A stretch of 63,781 nucleotides of DNA, filler included, from Octopus bimaculoides (taxonomy: Eukaryota), in NCBI RefSeq assembly GCF_001194135.2. It is 5 parts of 5 records of this genome, joined end to end, with 100 filler letters (N's around TTAATTAATTAA, not from the genome) between each part and the next. Parts side by side here need not be neighbours in the genome. Positions count along the whole stretch, not along the records: positions 1 to 28,819 come from NC_068981.1; positions 28,920 to 35,579 come from NC_068999.1; positions 35,680 to 59,168 come from NC_069004.1; 2 more parts are not named here. One strand, 5' to 3'. Below are positions 25,207 to 36,559 of the stretch, in pieces. The position numbers were made by a program, and so were the translations under genes. The stretch's first letter is position 1, and the number at the start of each line of letters is the position of its first letter. The notes under the pieces are model-generated. The model saw only the letters and a list, made by a program, of their open reading frames with translations. It did no database searches and was not told the DNA's origin.

Positions 25207-28200
25207 GTTAGTATTGACATTTTTACCCTTTTTTTTAATATATTATTGTAAACTCATGCACATACATATAAACATATCATGTGCATATACAATAGTGTGT
25301 ATAAGCATATACACATATAAGACTAATAGTAGCTTTAATGAATGTTGGGTTTAGATTATTTAGAAAATTTTCCAATCTTGGTGCCTATTTTACTTGATGA
25401 CTTGTTTTCAGTTGAGTTCCATGGCAGGAAGTGATCCACACATTTGTAGCTATCATTTTTTGTAATGCTTTATCATCATCATCATCATCCGCTTTCCATG
25501 CTAGCATGGGTTGGACAATTTGACTGAGGACTGGTGAAACCGGATGGCACCACCAGACTCCAATCTGATTTGGCAGAGTTTCTACAGCTGGATGCCCTTC
25601 CTAACGCCGACCACTCAGAGAGTGTAATGGGTGCTTTTACGTGTCACCCGCACGAAGGCCACTCAGGTGGTACTGGGAAGACAGGCGGTACTGGCTTTAT
25701 AGGATAAAACAAACAAAGAGATTCCTCTTAAAGTGACTAACCTCATCTACTTGGTGAGATGCAAGAAAGTAGATTCCATCTTTCTTGATGTCTGAAATAG
25801 AACTACTTTTGTAAAATGAAAGAGGTGTGCCTACTATGAGGTGAGCTGAGTTCTTTCATTTCTGGCAGCTTCTTCCAATGTTTATAATTATTTAATTTTA
25901 ACCATTAAGACTAAGATCATGCTGGAGAACTACCTTTCTTTTTTCAGTTTACCTTAGCTATCTTGGTCAAGACCATGAAGGAATACTGATTTTAATGTAG
26001 ACACTTCTAATGTTGTTGTATCATCTCTGCTGTATGTCCTGATTAAAATCTTCCCAGGTGATTGTTCTGACTCACTGGAAAGAACTGCATCTTGGCTTCC
26101 TTTAAAAGTCAATAAGGGAAACTTTAGGAGTGGCATACATAAATACGGACTAAAGTATTGCTGTATAGATTCTTTCGTGTGAACGTGAAGAAAGCTTGGA
26201 AACGTGACTCCTTTACATCCTTGATCATTTAAGTGCCTAATAATCCTATTTGCTTGATATTTTTTACATGTGAATGTCATATTAGACTTTGTCAAAGGGT
26301 TTTGGTAAAATCAAGTTAGTCAACTCTTAAACATGGCTGATAAACCATTTCACAGATTAGTTTTATTTTGAAGTTATGTCAAGCAGTTTTTTCTGTATTA
26401 TGTTGAAATGGTTGTTTTTCTATAAAAAGCTTATCCATCTGCCTTAAATTCTTTCTGGAACTTCTTAAAAGTGATGGTATAAACAGCATGACTTTAATAG
26501 TTGCCTGCTTGTGGTTGACTATCACTTAATAAATTGGTACTGCTACCTTTTACTGCGTAATTATATGTGGTCTGTTTAAATAGTTTTGCTGAAATATTCC
26601 AGCTAGACTGGCTCTGTTGCATTTTAGGAGCCAAGTTTTCATCAAAACATTTTACTTCAGTTATTTATTATATTTCGAGTAAAGAGTTTTACTATCAGTA
26701 TTCTTTACATACTCAACGTTCAGTTTTTTGCTTATATTTATTTAACTATAGAAGATAAATTTAGTCTGATTTTTGAAGCAAGTTTACTTGTATATGAATC
26801 CTGTTAGTGGAGAATTGGTTCAATCCCTTTTTAATTTGTGCCAAAATTGGTGTATTGGGTGGTATTGAATAGTACCATCATTTGCTCCCTGTATTGAGGT
26901 GAACCTCCAGGTTACCCCCTTAGCATTCAGATTACTCTATCAAATGTAATGGTTATTATTTCACATTGTTTTGAATTAGTCATGTATTAATTTGTAACTG
27001 AGATTTTGATGATGTGGTTGCATATTTTTAGATAGGTTTGAGAGGCCAGATCTGGCCAGTTTGAATATAAAACAGGGAGAATATTTTGACCGGATATGGC
27101 TGGTTTAAATGCTTAAGAGTTAAATATCTCTTAAAAGCTATTATATTTCTGGCAAGTTGAGATCACCTTAAAGAATGTTGTTAATACATGTGCCAGCATC
27201 TCCAAGTACCTTCTATTTAATTAGTTGTGTATTATCAAAATAGTAACCATAAATGAGAAGCAGTGTCCGGGGGCCAGTGACAAATAATATAATGCTGTTC
27301 TATTCAGCATGAACTATTATTGACTCAGTGGCTGTATTGGAATGAGCAATGAGCATTTCAGCAACTAGGTGTTCATGGAGAGGCTAGCTCTAAGATTGGA
27401 TTATTATTTCAGTTCATTTTCTTATGGAATTCTTGGGCTTTAAAAAGAATTAACGTTTCGCTACTGATGTGTGTAGGCTCATGTTCTGGTTAGATATACA
27501 ATGAGCTGCATGATAAAATTAGTGTTTATCTCTTCTGTAAGTGTTGAAGTTGTTGAATCCCCTCTGGTCAGCTGTAGAAAAGAAAATGTCTGATAAAAAA
27601 CATTCCCATCATGACCATCCTTATTTTAGTATCATCATTATCCTTTAACGTCTGCTTTCCATGCTGGCATGGGTTGGACGGTTTGACCAGAGCTGGTAAG
27701 CTGCACCAGGCTCCAATCAAATTTGGCTTAGTTTCTATGGCTGGATGCCCTTCCTAACACCAACCAAATTATAGTGCGTGCTAGGTACTTTTAATGTGGC
27801 ACCACACAAGAATATCTATAACTAAATTCTTCAATGTGTCCTCCCTTTTTTAAAGATATAAAAATGTAACCTGAAGGAGATTTGACTGCTATTTCTAGCA
27901 GGCCAAGTAAACATATAGAGGGTACCTCATTAGCATGTAAATGTTAATATAATTTCATGTGCTGTCAGGCTTTGTGTTTGTTCCATTATTGTTTTAGGTG
28001 TTGATGAGGTAATTCTGAAAATGCTGCTTATCATGTTTTAGTTTGTGACTTTATTAAGTTTGTTTTGGAGAATATTTATGTTTGTTTTCGGTGTATGATA
28101 TTTTGTGGAGAGCCAAAGAGCAGTCTAGTTTTAAATGTTACATTTGTGTGTTCGCTGTTATAGTGTTGATTGGTGTATCTCCTTCAAAAGTACTTATCTG

Positions 28201-28226
28201 TCTTCTGTTTTTCTTTCCTTATTTAG

Positions 28227-28244
28227 CCATTTCATTCCAGGTAG
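28227..28244 (+). CDS. Candidate 18-nt microexon (alternative donor gives 14 nt)
   Basis: Long pyrimidine tract TCTGTCTTCTGTTTTTCTTTCCTTATTTAG|CCATTTCATTCCAG GTAG|GTATGT. The 18-nt form is phase 1-1, matching the phase-1 donor of the big exon, and would add A-I-S-F-Q-V. Confidence 0.4.
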   Translation, partial: PFHSR

Positions 28245-28819
28245 GTATGTAAATAAACATTTTTAGTGAGTATTTGTAGAGGATAGGTGTCATCTAGATC
28301 AAGTAGAGATTTGATTGGAAAAAACATTTTTTTTCATAACTTTCCTTCTGCCTTTGGCATTATTTATTGCATGGGATATTTTATATTGTAGTACTTCTAC
28401 CAATATCTCATGTCTGTGGAAATTAGTCAATAAGAAATAATTCCATTTTTTTTTTAGTAAAATATATGTTAAAAGTGGTTGGAGCAGGGCTAGTGAGATA
28501 ACTTAGGATTTCTTTTGAATCAGGCAGGGTGAGGAAAGATATTGGTTGTACTAGAAGGTTTTGTTGTTACTCTCTTTACTTGTTTCAGTCATTTGATTGC
28601 GGCCATGCTGGAGCACCGCCTTTAGTCGAGCAAATCGACCCCAGGACTTATTCTTTGGAAGCCTAGTACTTACTCTATCGGTGTCTTTTGCCGAACTGCT
28701 AAGTTACAGGGACGTAAACACACCAGCATCGGTTGTCAAGCGATGTTGGGGGGACAAACACAGACACACAAACACACATACATATATATATATCATCATC
28801 ATCATCATCATCGTTTAAC

Positions 28820-28919
28820 NNNNNNNNNNNNNNNNNNNNNNNNNNNNNNNNNNNNNNNNNNNNTTAATTAATTAANNNNNNNNNNNNNNNNNNNNNNNNN
28901 NNNNNNNNNNNNNNNNNNN
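28820..28919. other. Assembly linker (N44-TTAATTAATTAA-N44)
   Basis: Exactly 100 bp. The palindromic 12-mer carries stop codons in all six frames, and the same block occurs four times. Confidence 0.9.
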
Positions 28920-28935
28920 ATATATACATATACAC

Positions 28936-28983
<48 letters not shown>

Positions 28984-31302
28984 AAATATATATATACATA
29001 TACACATGTATATATATATATATATATAAATATATATATACATATACACATGTATATATATATATAAATATATATGTATGTATATATAATGCATGCATAT
29101 ATATTTTATATGCATTCATATGATACATTTATGTAAAGTGTGTGTGTGTGTGTGTTTAAATGTGTGTGCAAGTATTTACACACGCAATAGTTTTAACTTT
29201 TATGTAATAAATGGTGTCTTTCCCCGAGCATAAGATTGATTTTTAGCTTCTCTCTAGAAATTATCAATATTGTTTTCTCATTCTGTTATATCGGACAGAC
29301 TAGATCATCTTCCTCGTATATTGCGGAAATTTGCTATTATATAACTTTTTACCAGACCACAGGAAAGTTTTCGTCAATCTCAGACAGACTTGTCTGTTCA
29401 TTATTCAGTTGAAAATGCACTTGGGGGGGGGGGGGTTGCAGCACAGAAATGATTGTTCAACATAAAGTACAACTAATAATGTGAGAAATTCTGCTACATG
29501 CTAAAGAAACTGATACGCGGATTGGATTCTTTCCCATGTATGCATCTTCCGTTCTAGAGTTAATCCGTTACTCCGTTGTACGGCTCTGTAACTGTAGACT
29601 ATAGCGTACTTTATCGGAATCCACTAAATTTCACTGCTTCCACTTCCAGATTACTTATTCATATTATCAATCGTCCAGGATTTTACGAAAGGATGATAGG
29701 TGTTTCGTTAACATTAGCAGACGAAATTATCAAAATTCTTCAGATTTTTGGAGAATCATAGTATTCAGAAGGTAGGTTTATTTTTAGATGCGTCGGGTAT
29801 ATATACACATAAAATGAAATCAAAGATGTTCTTAATCCATTGAGTTTTCGGTCTGAACACTCCCTAATCTATAGTCTTTTGTTGAATTTCACATTTTCTT
29901 CTAACTATTCTTTTTGTCCAGAAGTGTGTCCTAATGCTACACAGCCGGTTGCATATCCGAGGGTATTTAGAGAGAGGATGTGTTTTTTTCTTTTTTTTTT
30001 CTGGTCTTATCAGCAGAGACCAAAACTGAATTAGAACACCAAGGAACTAAACGTCTCATACTCTAAGCACTAACTATGATACAAACCATGCCATGCTCTA
30101 TGTAGCAATTTTTGGAAGACGATGGAAGAACGGAGATTATATATATATATATATAGCGACACAAACGCACATAGGCATATATAGATATATGCAGATCTCT
30201 ATCTCTCTCTTTCTCTCATATATATATATATCTGTTTCTCTCTCTCTCTATGTGTGNNNNNNNNNNNNNNNNNNNNNNNNNNNNNNNNNNNNNNNNNNNN
30301 NNNNNNNNNNNNNNNNNNNNNNNNNNNNNNNNNNNNNNNNNNNNNNNNNNNNNNNNNNNNNNNNNNNNNNNNNNNNNNNNNNNNNNNNNNNNNNNNNNNN
30401 NNNNNNNNNNNNNNNNNNNNNNNNNNNNNNNNNNNNNNNNNNNNNNNNNNNNNNNNNNNNNNNNNNNNNNNNNNNNNNNNNNNNNNNNNNNNNNNNNNNN
30501 NNNNNNNNNNNNNNNNNNNNNNNNNNNNNNNNNNNNNNNNNNNNNNNNNNNNNNNNNNNNNNNNNNNNNNNNNNNNNNNNNNNNNNNNNNNNNNNNNNNN
30601 NNNNNNNNNNNNNNNNNNNNNNNNNNNNNNNNNNNNNNNNNNNNNNNNNNNNNNNNNNNNNNNNNNNNNNNNNNNNNNNNNNNNNGTATATATATATATA
30701 TATATTTCTGGAAATAACTTATTTGTTATTTCGAGGGTATTAGTAACCGCCTTCTTAGCAATTTGAGTAAATTCATCGTCCGCAGAAACATATATTTCTA
30801 GAAATATTCTTGGAGCATGAAACCAAAATAGTAATTTTTCCATTAAGCACAACGGGTTGTTTGGAAGCGTAATTTTAAAATTGTTATCATACATTGTATT
30901 GATTCTACAAGCTCTCACGAAGTACCATGTATTATATCATATGGCTATAACAAGAGAAACCTCTTAAAATCGACTTCCTATCACATTCAGAAATGAAATC
31001 GAGTTCTATATATTATATGGAATATTTCATATGTCGTTTCTATAGCAACGGTAGATATAATTACAGGTTTAACATACTTGAAATTTAGTTGCTGAGAATC
31101 TTACACGACTTAGCCTCTATTTGAGGGGCCAAAGAGGTATACATCGAATAATAAAGTCGAATGTATTGAATTTGACCTTCAGACACGTCAGAAGTAGACA
31201 CCCCATTAAACATCATATTTTGTTTATTGTAACTTGTAATGGTTTATATCTATTATTAATTGACATTTTTATGCTTCAGGTTCTATACATGACTGTTTAA
31301 TC

Positions 31303-32005
31303 ATGCCATGTACAAGAAGACACTTGGAACTGTCTGTATTTTAAAGAGGCCATATTGTAGGTCATTCTCAAGGGGGACAGAAAACTTGAGATCCCGCGTT
31401 CTACTGTTAATAGAGGGATTGTGCAATTCACCAGAGATGGGAAGGAGTCCACATCACAACGCCCAGATCAATCAAGGCCCTCTAACAGGACCCGTCCCTT
31501 TGTTAAGAGAAATGTGGATAATCCTCGTTGCAAGCTCTCTGACATAGAAGAATAAGTTGATGTCAGTCTTAGAGCAGCTGTTAGGTATCTCTTGGTTCCT
31601 ATGGCAGAACAGTAAGAAGGAAGCCACTTATTCGATCAACCAAAATCAAGCGGAGAAGAGATTGGGCCAGTATGATGGTGAAGAGGCCACTAGCATTTTG
31701 GGACACTGTCATATTGTGTGATGAGTCCAGATTTGCTGTATTTCTTGACAGTGATCTGAATTTGATGTGAAACGATTGGCGCCAACAATGAAACACGACA
31801 GCTATTCTCTGGTGGTCTGGGGAGCAATTTGGAGCAATAATTGATCCGAGCGGGTGGAGTGTGAGGGAAATATAAACTCAGATAAATAAGTGTCAATATT
31901 GTAGAAAGGAATTTTCCCAATCTTCAACAGTGGTGAAATGATTAAAGATGACTCTGTATTTATGGACATGGGGTTCCTTGTCCCACGGATAAAATAACCG
32001 AAGGT
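31303..32005 (+). pseudogene. Tc1-like (DD34E-type) transposase remnant
   Basis: Frameshifted + strand translation: LELSVF*RGHIVG, RRKPLI..IKRRRDWA, FWDTVILCDESRF, TMKH..SLVVWGAI, EGNINSDK. Truncated where the hammerhead element begins. Confidence 0.75.
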
Positions 32006-32009
32006 TTTG

Positions 32010-32325
32010 CAGTTCTATATTTAAGAGTTGAGGAATTATGTACATTATTTACATTTGACGGATATTTGTCTACATCTTGTTAGTTGTTAACACAAAGTTT
32101 CGCTTGATATACCCTCCAGCCTTCATCAGGTGTCTTGGAGAAATTTCGAACCTGAGTTCTCATTCCTAAGGTAATTTCCGATGTTGTTGTTATTATTATT
32201 ATTATCCAGGCCACTGCCTGGAATCGAACCCGGTATCTTGGAGTTAGTAGCCAGCACTCTTAACCATTGGGCATATGAAGTAGTGGTTGTAAGGTTGTCT
32301 ATCTACTTCCGTCATGTCTGTGTGC
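32010..32325 (-). mobile_element. Small non-coding element: tRNA-like Pol III head + (AAT)n + hammerhead ribozyme motif
   Basis: - strand: A-box-like TGCCCAATGGTTAAG, B-box GGTTCGATTCC (32220-32230), (AAT)5(AAC)3, then CTGATGA...GAAA core. Bordered on one side by a (TA)n array. Confidence 0.65.
32089..32134 (-). ncRNA. Minimal type I hammerhead ribozyme motif (partly degenerate)
   Basis: GACAC CTGATGA A GGCTG GAGGGTATAT CAAGC GAAA CTT T GTGTT. Catalytic core CUGAUGA/GAAA intact, stem I GACAC/GTGTT, stem II imperfect in this copy. Confidence 0.6.
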
Positions 32326-32327
32326 GT

Positions 32328-32368
<41 letters not shown>

Positions 32369-32417
32369 NNNNNNNNNNNNNNNNNNNNNNNNNNNNNNNN
32401 NNNNNNNNNNNNNNNNN

Positions 32418-32461
<44 letters not shown>

Positions 32462-33198
32462 GTTATAGAATTATCAGCAGTGTGACATTTCCCTCAGCAG
32501 CCCCATCCCCTCACCCCCATTGTGCTGCCGCTGTCCTAAGACCCGAAAATCGGGTACAGTTCCTGTACTTCTCTGTGTATGTGTGTTCGCCCACGGTGTC
32601 ATCGTGGTAGTTGTTATTGCCGTCGTTGTTCGGACGCTGCTGCCGTCGTTGTTAAACGTGTTCTTGACAATGTTGTGGCCGTCCGCGAAATTTCTTGTGT
32701 GTGTTTGTGTGTGTGGTGTGTATGGGTTCGCTTCGTATGTTGTATGTATCCATGTCCTTTGTATATCTTTATTTTATGTATCTCTGTATCTTATATTTAT
32801 CCCAGGCATGTGACAAATATATTTATATATTTGATTATTTATTTATTTATTTATTTATACGTCTAACTCTATTTCTCAAAAGTATCGCAGGTAAGTGCTT
32901 ATATGTCTATTGTGTGTATTACACTACACGTTTCTGTGTATTATTTACGTTTTTTTTTTCTTCTCTCTTCTCACCTGTTCTCTGTTTACTCATATGTTGT
33001 GGTGTTGCGGTAGGTGTTATTGTTCCATTCTTGTTTTGTATTGAGGCTCGTCTGTCTGTCTACTGCTATGTGTGTAGCCTCTGTTATCTATTCTAAATGT
33101 TCGTATCAGTTCTATGTGTCGATAATGCCTTAACTGTATGTATGTATGTATGTATGTATGTATGTATGTATGTATGTATCTACACTCACACACACACG

Positions 33199-33274
<76 letters not shown>

Positions 33275-33787
33275 TGCGTGTATCTGTGTGACAGAAATAT
33301 TTGTGTATAGCGTGGAACAATGTTATGTCTTGTGAAGGGGATTCTAATTCGGGATTTGAATATCCTATTAATTCTATTTCACCAAACCTGAGCACCCTCA
33401 ACAGAAAAGAGCAAAAGAAGAACGATGCCGTTTATCTAAAACATTATCCTTTATAGTACAAATCATTTGAAGCTTTTGAAAGGAATTAAATACCATTGGG
33501 TGACTGACAGTTGAACTACAGATCAACATTAGCGGGGATTCTTCTTATAAATCACAAGCCAAAAGTAAGAATTTTATTCAATATCTGTAGCAAGAAATTC
33601 GGAAAATAAGATTTATAAATTTCCCTGCAAGAATCGTCTTTGTTCATCTTTCTACAAATTCTGACACCTTGATGATGAAAGAGAGCTCCCGATGATACGT
33701 AGAGAGCGATACCGACACGCAAGACATCACCGTCTTTACTTATAATTTACACAGCATTTAGTGCTCCAATATCAGCTATAGTCATAA

Positions 33788-33999
33788 GGGGCGCGCTGAC
33801 AGAAACGTTAGCACGCCGGAATGCTTAGGGGTATTTCCTCTGTCTTTACCTTCTGAGTTCAAATTCCGCCGAGGTCGACTTTGCCTTTCATCTTTTCGGG
33901 GTCGATAAGTTAAGTATGAGTAACATACTGGGGTCGATGTAATCGAGTAGCTCCCTCCCTAAAACTTTCGGGGCTTGTGTCTAGAGTAGAAAAGAATAT
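33788..33999 (+). mobile_element. tRNA-headed SINE, family E
   Basis: Head GCGCGCTGACAGAAACGTTAG, B-box GAGTTCAAATTCC, central GTCGACTTTGCCTTTCATCTTTTCGGGGTCGATAA, tail GTAGAAAAGAAT. Homologous to 63481-63700. Confidence 0.8.
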
Positions 34000-34324
34000 C
34001 AGTTGCGGTCTTTATCTGTTATGCATAAAGAAAATCATCTTAATATATAAAATTGAACATATATATATGAATCCGTATGCTCCAGGTTGTGTCACCTATA
34101 CAAACTGCTGCATCGATTGAGGAAGGAGGAAACCGCACCAAAGCATGAGAGGGTGCAATATATTTATCGGTGTGAGGAGAGAAGCAAATGCATTTACCAA
34201 AGCGGAATTTTCTCACTGAGCAGGGTCGAGAATGTCTTCTACAGAAAAAGCTGAAATCGTACACCCCAAGTGCGGATTCAGATTCCCACATTCCACAGTT
34301 AACAATCAAATAGGACGACGAGTG

Positions 34325-34612
34325 TTCCTGTTCATTCGATCAGCGGAACATCCAGCCTGCTCATGAAATTAAGGTGCAAGTTGCTGGGCACTCCTCAGAC
34401 ACGCGTACTTTTAATGTCGATTTCAGCGTGACACAGAATGTGACAAAGCTGGCCCTTTGAAAATACAGGGACTACTTATTTTTGCCAGCTGAGTTCACTG
34501 GAGCAACGTAAAATATATTGTCTGGCTCAAGTACAAAACGTACCGCCGACTATGGAACTCACGACCTTAAGAAGCTGCACCAGTCGAGCACCACAACTGC
34601 TAGGTCATGCAC
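34325..34612 (-). mobile_element. SINE family C2
   Basis: Homologous along its length to 15840-16165. Confidence 0.7.
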
Positions 34613-35404
34613 TTCCGGAAAGTGCATCTGCAGGAGATATATAAGGAGATGAAAAGCAAGACGTCATTGTTGGTGATTACTTCCGCTGGAGACTGGAATT
34701 AGAGAAGGGTTTTAAAATGCGAGAGGAAAACTGATAAGACAGACAGACAACGACTTCTAATGCAGTCACTGCAATCAAGACTATCACTCACACGTGGTTC
34801 AGAAATAGTCAGTACAGTTGCTTTTCTCCGAACTAGGGCAAAGCAATTTTTTTCTTGTGCACGTCCATTGTTTCGCGAATCTAACATATGCCTCCAGTGT
34901 ATATATGTATGTTCTTCGTTTCTTTCATTTTTAAAAGAAATTTTGACCACCGACCAATTTGTAGCAAGATTGTGAAGAAAAGTATACTGTTTCATTCATA
35001 ATGCTTTATATGTTAAGGTCTTGACCAGTTTGATAATACCAGTGTATGTATTATGTATTTATGTGTGTGTGTATGCATGCAAGCTTTTATGTATATATGT
35101 AAGTACGTACGTATGTATCTATCTATCTATCTCTCTATCGATCTATCTATCTATCTATCTATGCATCTATCTATCTATCTATCTATCATCATGGACGGAC
35201 GGTAGACACATCGGCTCCCATGTAAGTTGCATTTTTCACCTCTTAAAAGACCTATTTTGTTTTAAAATTTTGTATAAGTTGTGTATAACACAAAATACTT
35301 CGTGAACATATATTTTTCAAATCGGAAATAGCTCTATTTAGAGCCTTATTTCCAAAAATTCAAACATATCTTCCTCGTTCCTAGCCATATTCTTTAAAAC
35401 GAAT

Positions 35405-35579
35405 ATGGCTAAGGTTTTCAACGAGGCCGACTTCCCGCTCCTAATGCCAGAGGCGAAAACACTTAATGCCGTTCCGCATGAACGCAGACAAGTGATGAAG
35501 AAGAGCAATGATTCTGAGTCAACTGCTGCTGCCTCAACCACCACCATCACGTGTACAAACTCTGCTGCTACAGCAGTCT
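35405..35579 (+). CDS. Possible coding exon of unknown protein, cut by an assembly gap
   Basis: Acceptor-like TTCCTCGTTCCTAG| (35384), then ATG at 35405: MAKVFNEADFPLLMPEAKTLNAVPHERRQVMKKSNDSESTAAASTTT... stays open into the gap. Confidence 0.3.
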
Positions 35580-35679
35580 NNNNNNNNNNNNNNNNNNNNN
35601 NNNNNNNNNNNNNNNNNNNNNNNTTAATTAATTAANNNNNNNNNNNNNNNNNNNNNNNNNNNNNNNNNNNNNNNNNNNN
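35580..35679. other. Assembly linker (N44-TTAATTAATTAA-N44)
   Basis: Same 100-bp spacer; 12-mer at 35624-35635. Confidence 0.9.
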
Positions 35680-35994
35680 GTGATGCGAGGGTATTGGTGT
35701 GATGTGATGTGAGGGTGTTGGGAGGTGGGGAAGGCATGGGTGGAGTGTGGGTTAAGCTGAGGGTGGGGTAGAGGTAGGGGTGGAGTATGTGGGTAGGGGT
35801 GGGTGGTGGGTGTAAGGAATTGGATGGGGTGGAGTGGGAAGGTAGAGTAGGAGTGTGTTCGGGTGTGATACTCTTTTTTTATATATATATATAAAACAAT
35901 GTTGTTTTATTCCACACAGGTAGAAATATAGGGAAAATAGAAACTGAAAATGCACTGAGAATAGTTAAAATATTTTTTATTAATATATTTAAAG

Positions 35995-36033
35995 CTTTAA
36001 CTGGTTTCACAGTTTACACTGATTTTCAAAAAG
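35995..36033 (-). ncRNA. Degenerate hammerhead-like motif in the Penelope 3' pLTR
   Basis: CTTT TTGAAAA T CAGT GTAA ACTG T GAAA CCAG TT AAAG. Stem I CTTT/AAAG, stem II CAGT/ACTG with GNRA loop; the core deviates from CUGANGA at 2 positions. Confidence 0.4.
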
Positions 36034-36559
36034 TTCAAATAGGCTTACGTTACAGTTGTTTTGCTTCTGACTAATATTTGAGGCTTGCCCAATTTTTATA
36101 GGGAGTTCATGACTCAAATTAGTATATGCTTTGAATAGGATTTGATTGGTAGAGGATAGTCACATGACTGGTCTTAGAAATTTTTGTAGGTTTCCTGCTA
36201 CATCTGTGTGTTAGTATCAAGTGATGATGTTTGGCATTGTAAGTTAAGGCTGACATAGTAGACTGAATATGTCTAAACAATGCTCTTAATGTTTTCTGTC
36301 AAGTGTCTGCCAACAGATGATTAAGTTTAGAACCTTTTGTACATCCCCCCACCCGCTATATCCATGTGTTAGTGTCACATGACAATATATTTTGCGCCTA
36401 AAAAGAAGGCCAACATAGTTGAGTGAACATATTTAGTTACAATCAAGGCACTCCTAATTTAATCTGTCTGGTGGAAGAGTGGACAGGAGTTGTTTGTATG
36501 TAATCCACTGGCTAAAGTTTAGGTTGTTAGCTGTGTAGGTTCCTCATATTAAGTGTCAG

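Noticed and set aside
25954-26315. 113-aa - strand ORF / possible CR1-like RT trace (DFTK.FDKV)
   Set aside because: Too degenerate to call; no further RT motifs were confirmed.
28864-28875. TTAATTAATTAA palindrome recurring four times (also 35624, 59213, 61663)
   Set aside because: Always centred in exactly 44+44 Ns: a scaffolding spacer with six-frame stops, not a biological motif.
29300-29760. Unique-looking CpG-containing stretch, possibly a transposase fragment
   Set aside because: No recognisable motif in the frames I translated.
30700-30918. - strand ORF containing SADDEF, reminiscent of an RT active site
   Set aside because: No flanking RT motifs; the frame runs into a microsatellite and gap.
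32205-32277. Possible tRNA gene
   Set aside because: It has A/B boxes and a T-arm but no pairable acceptor stem; it is better read as the head of a repeat element. The same applies to the SINE heads.
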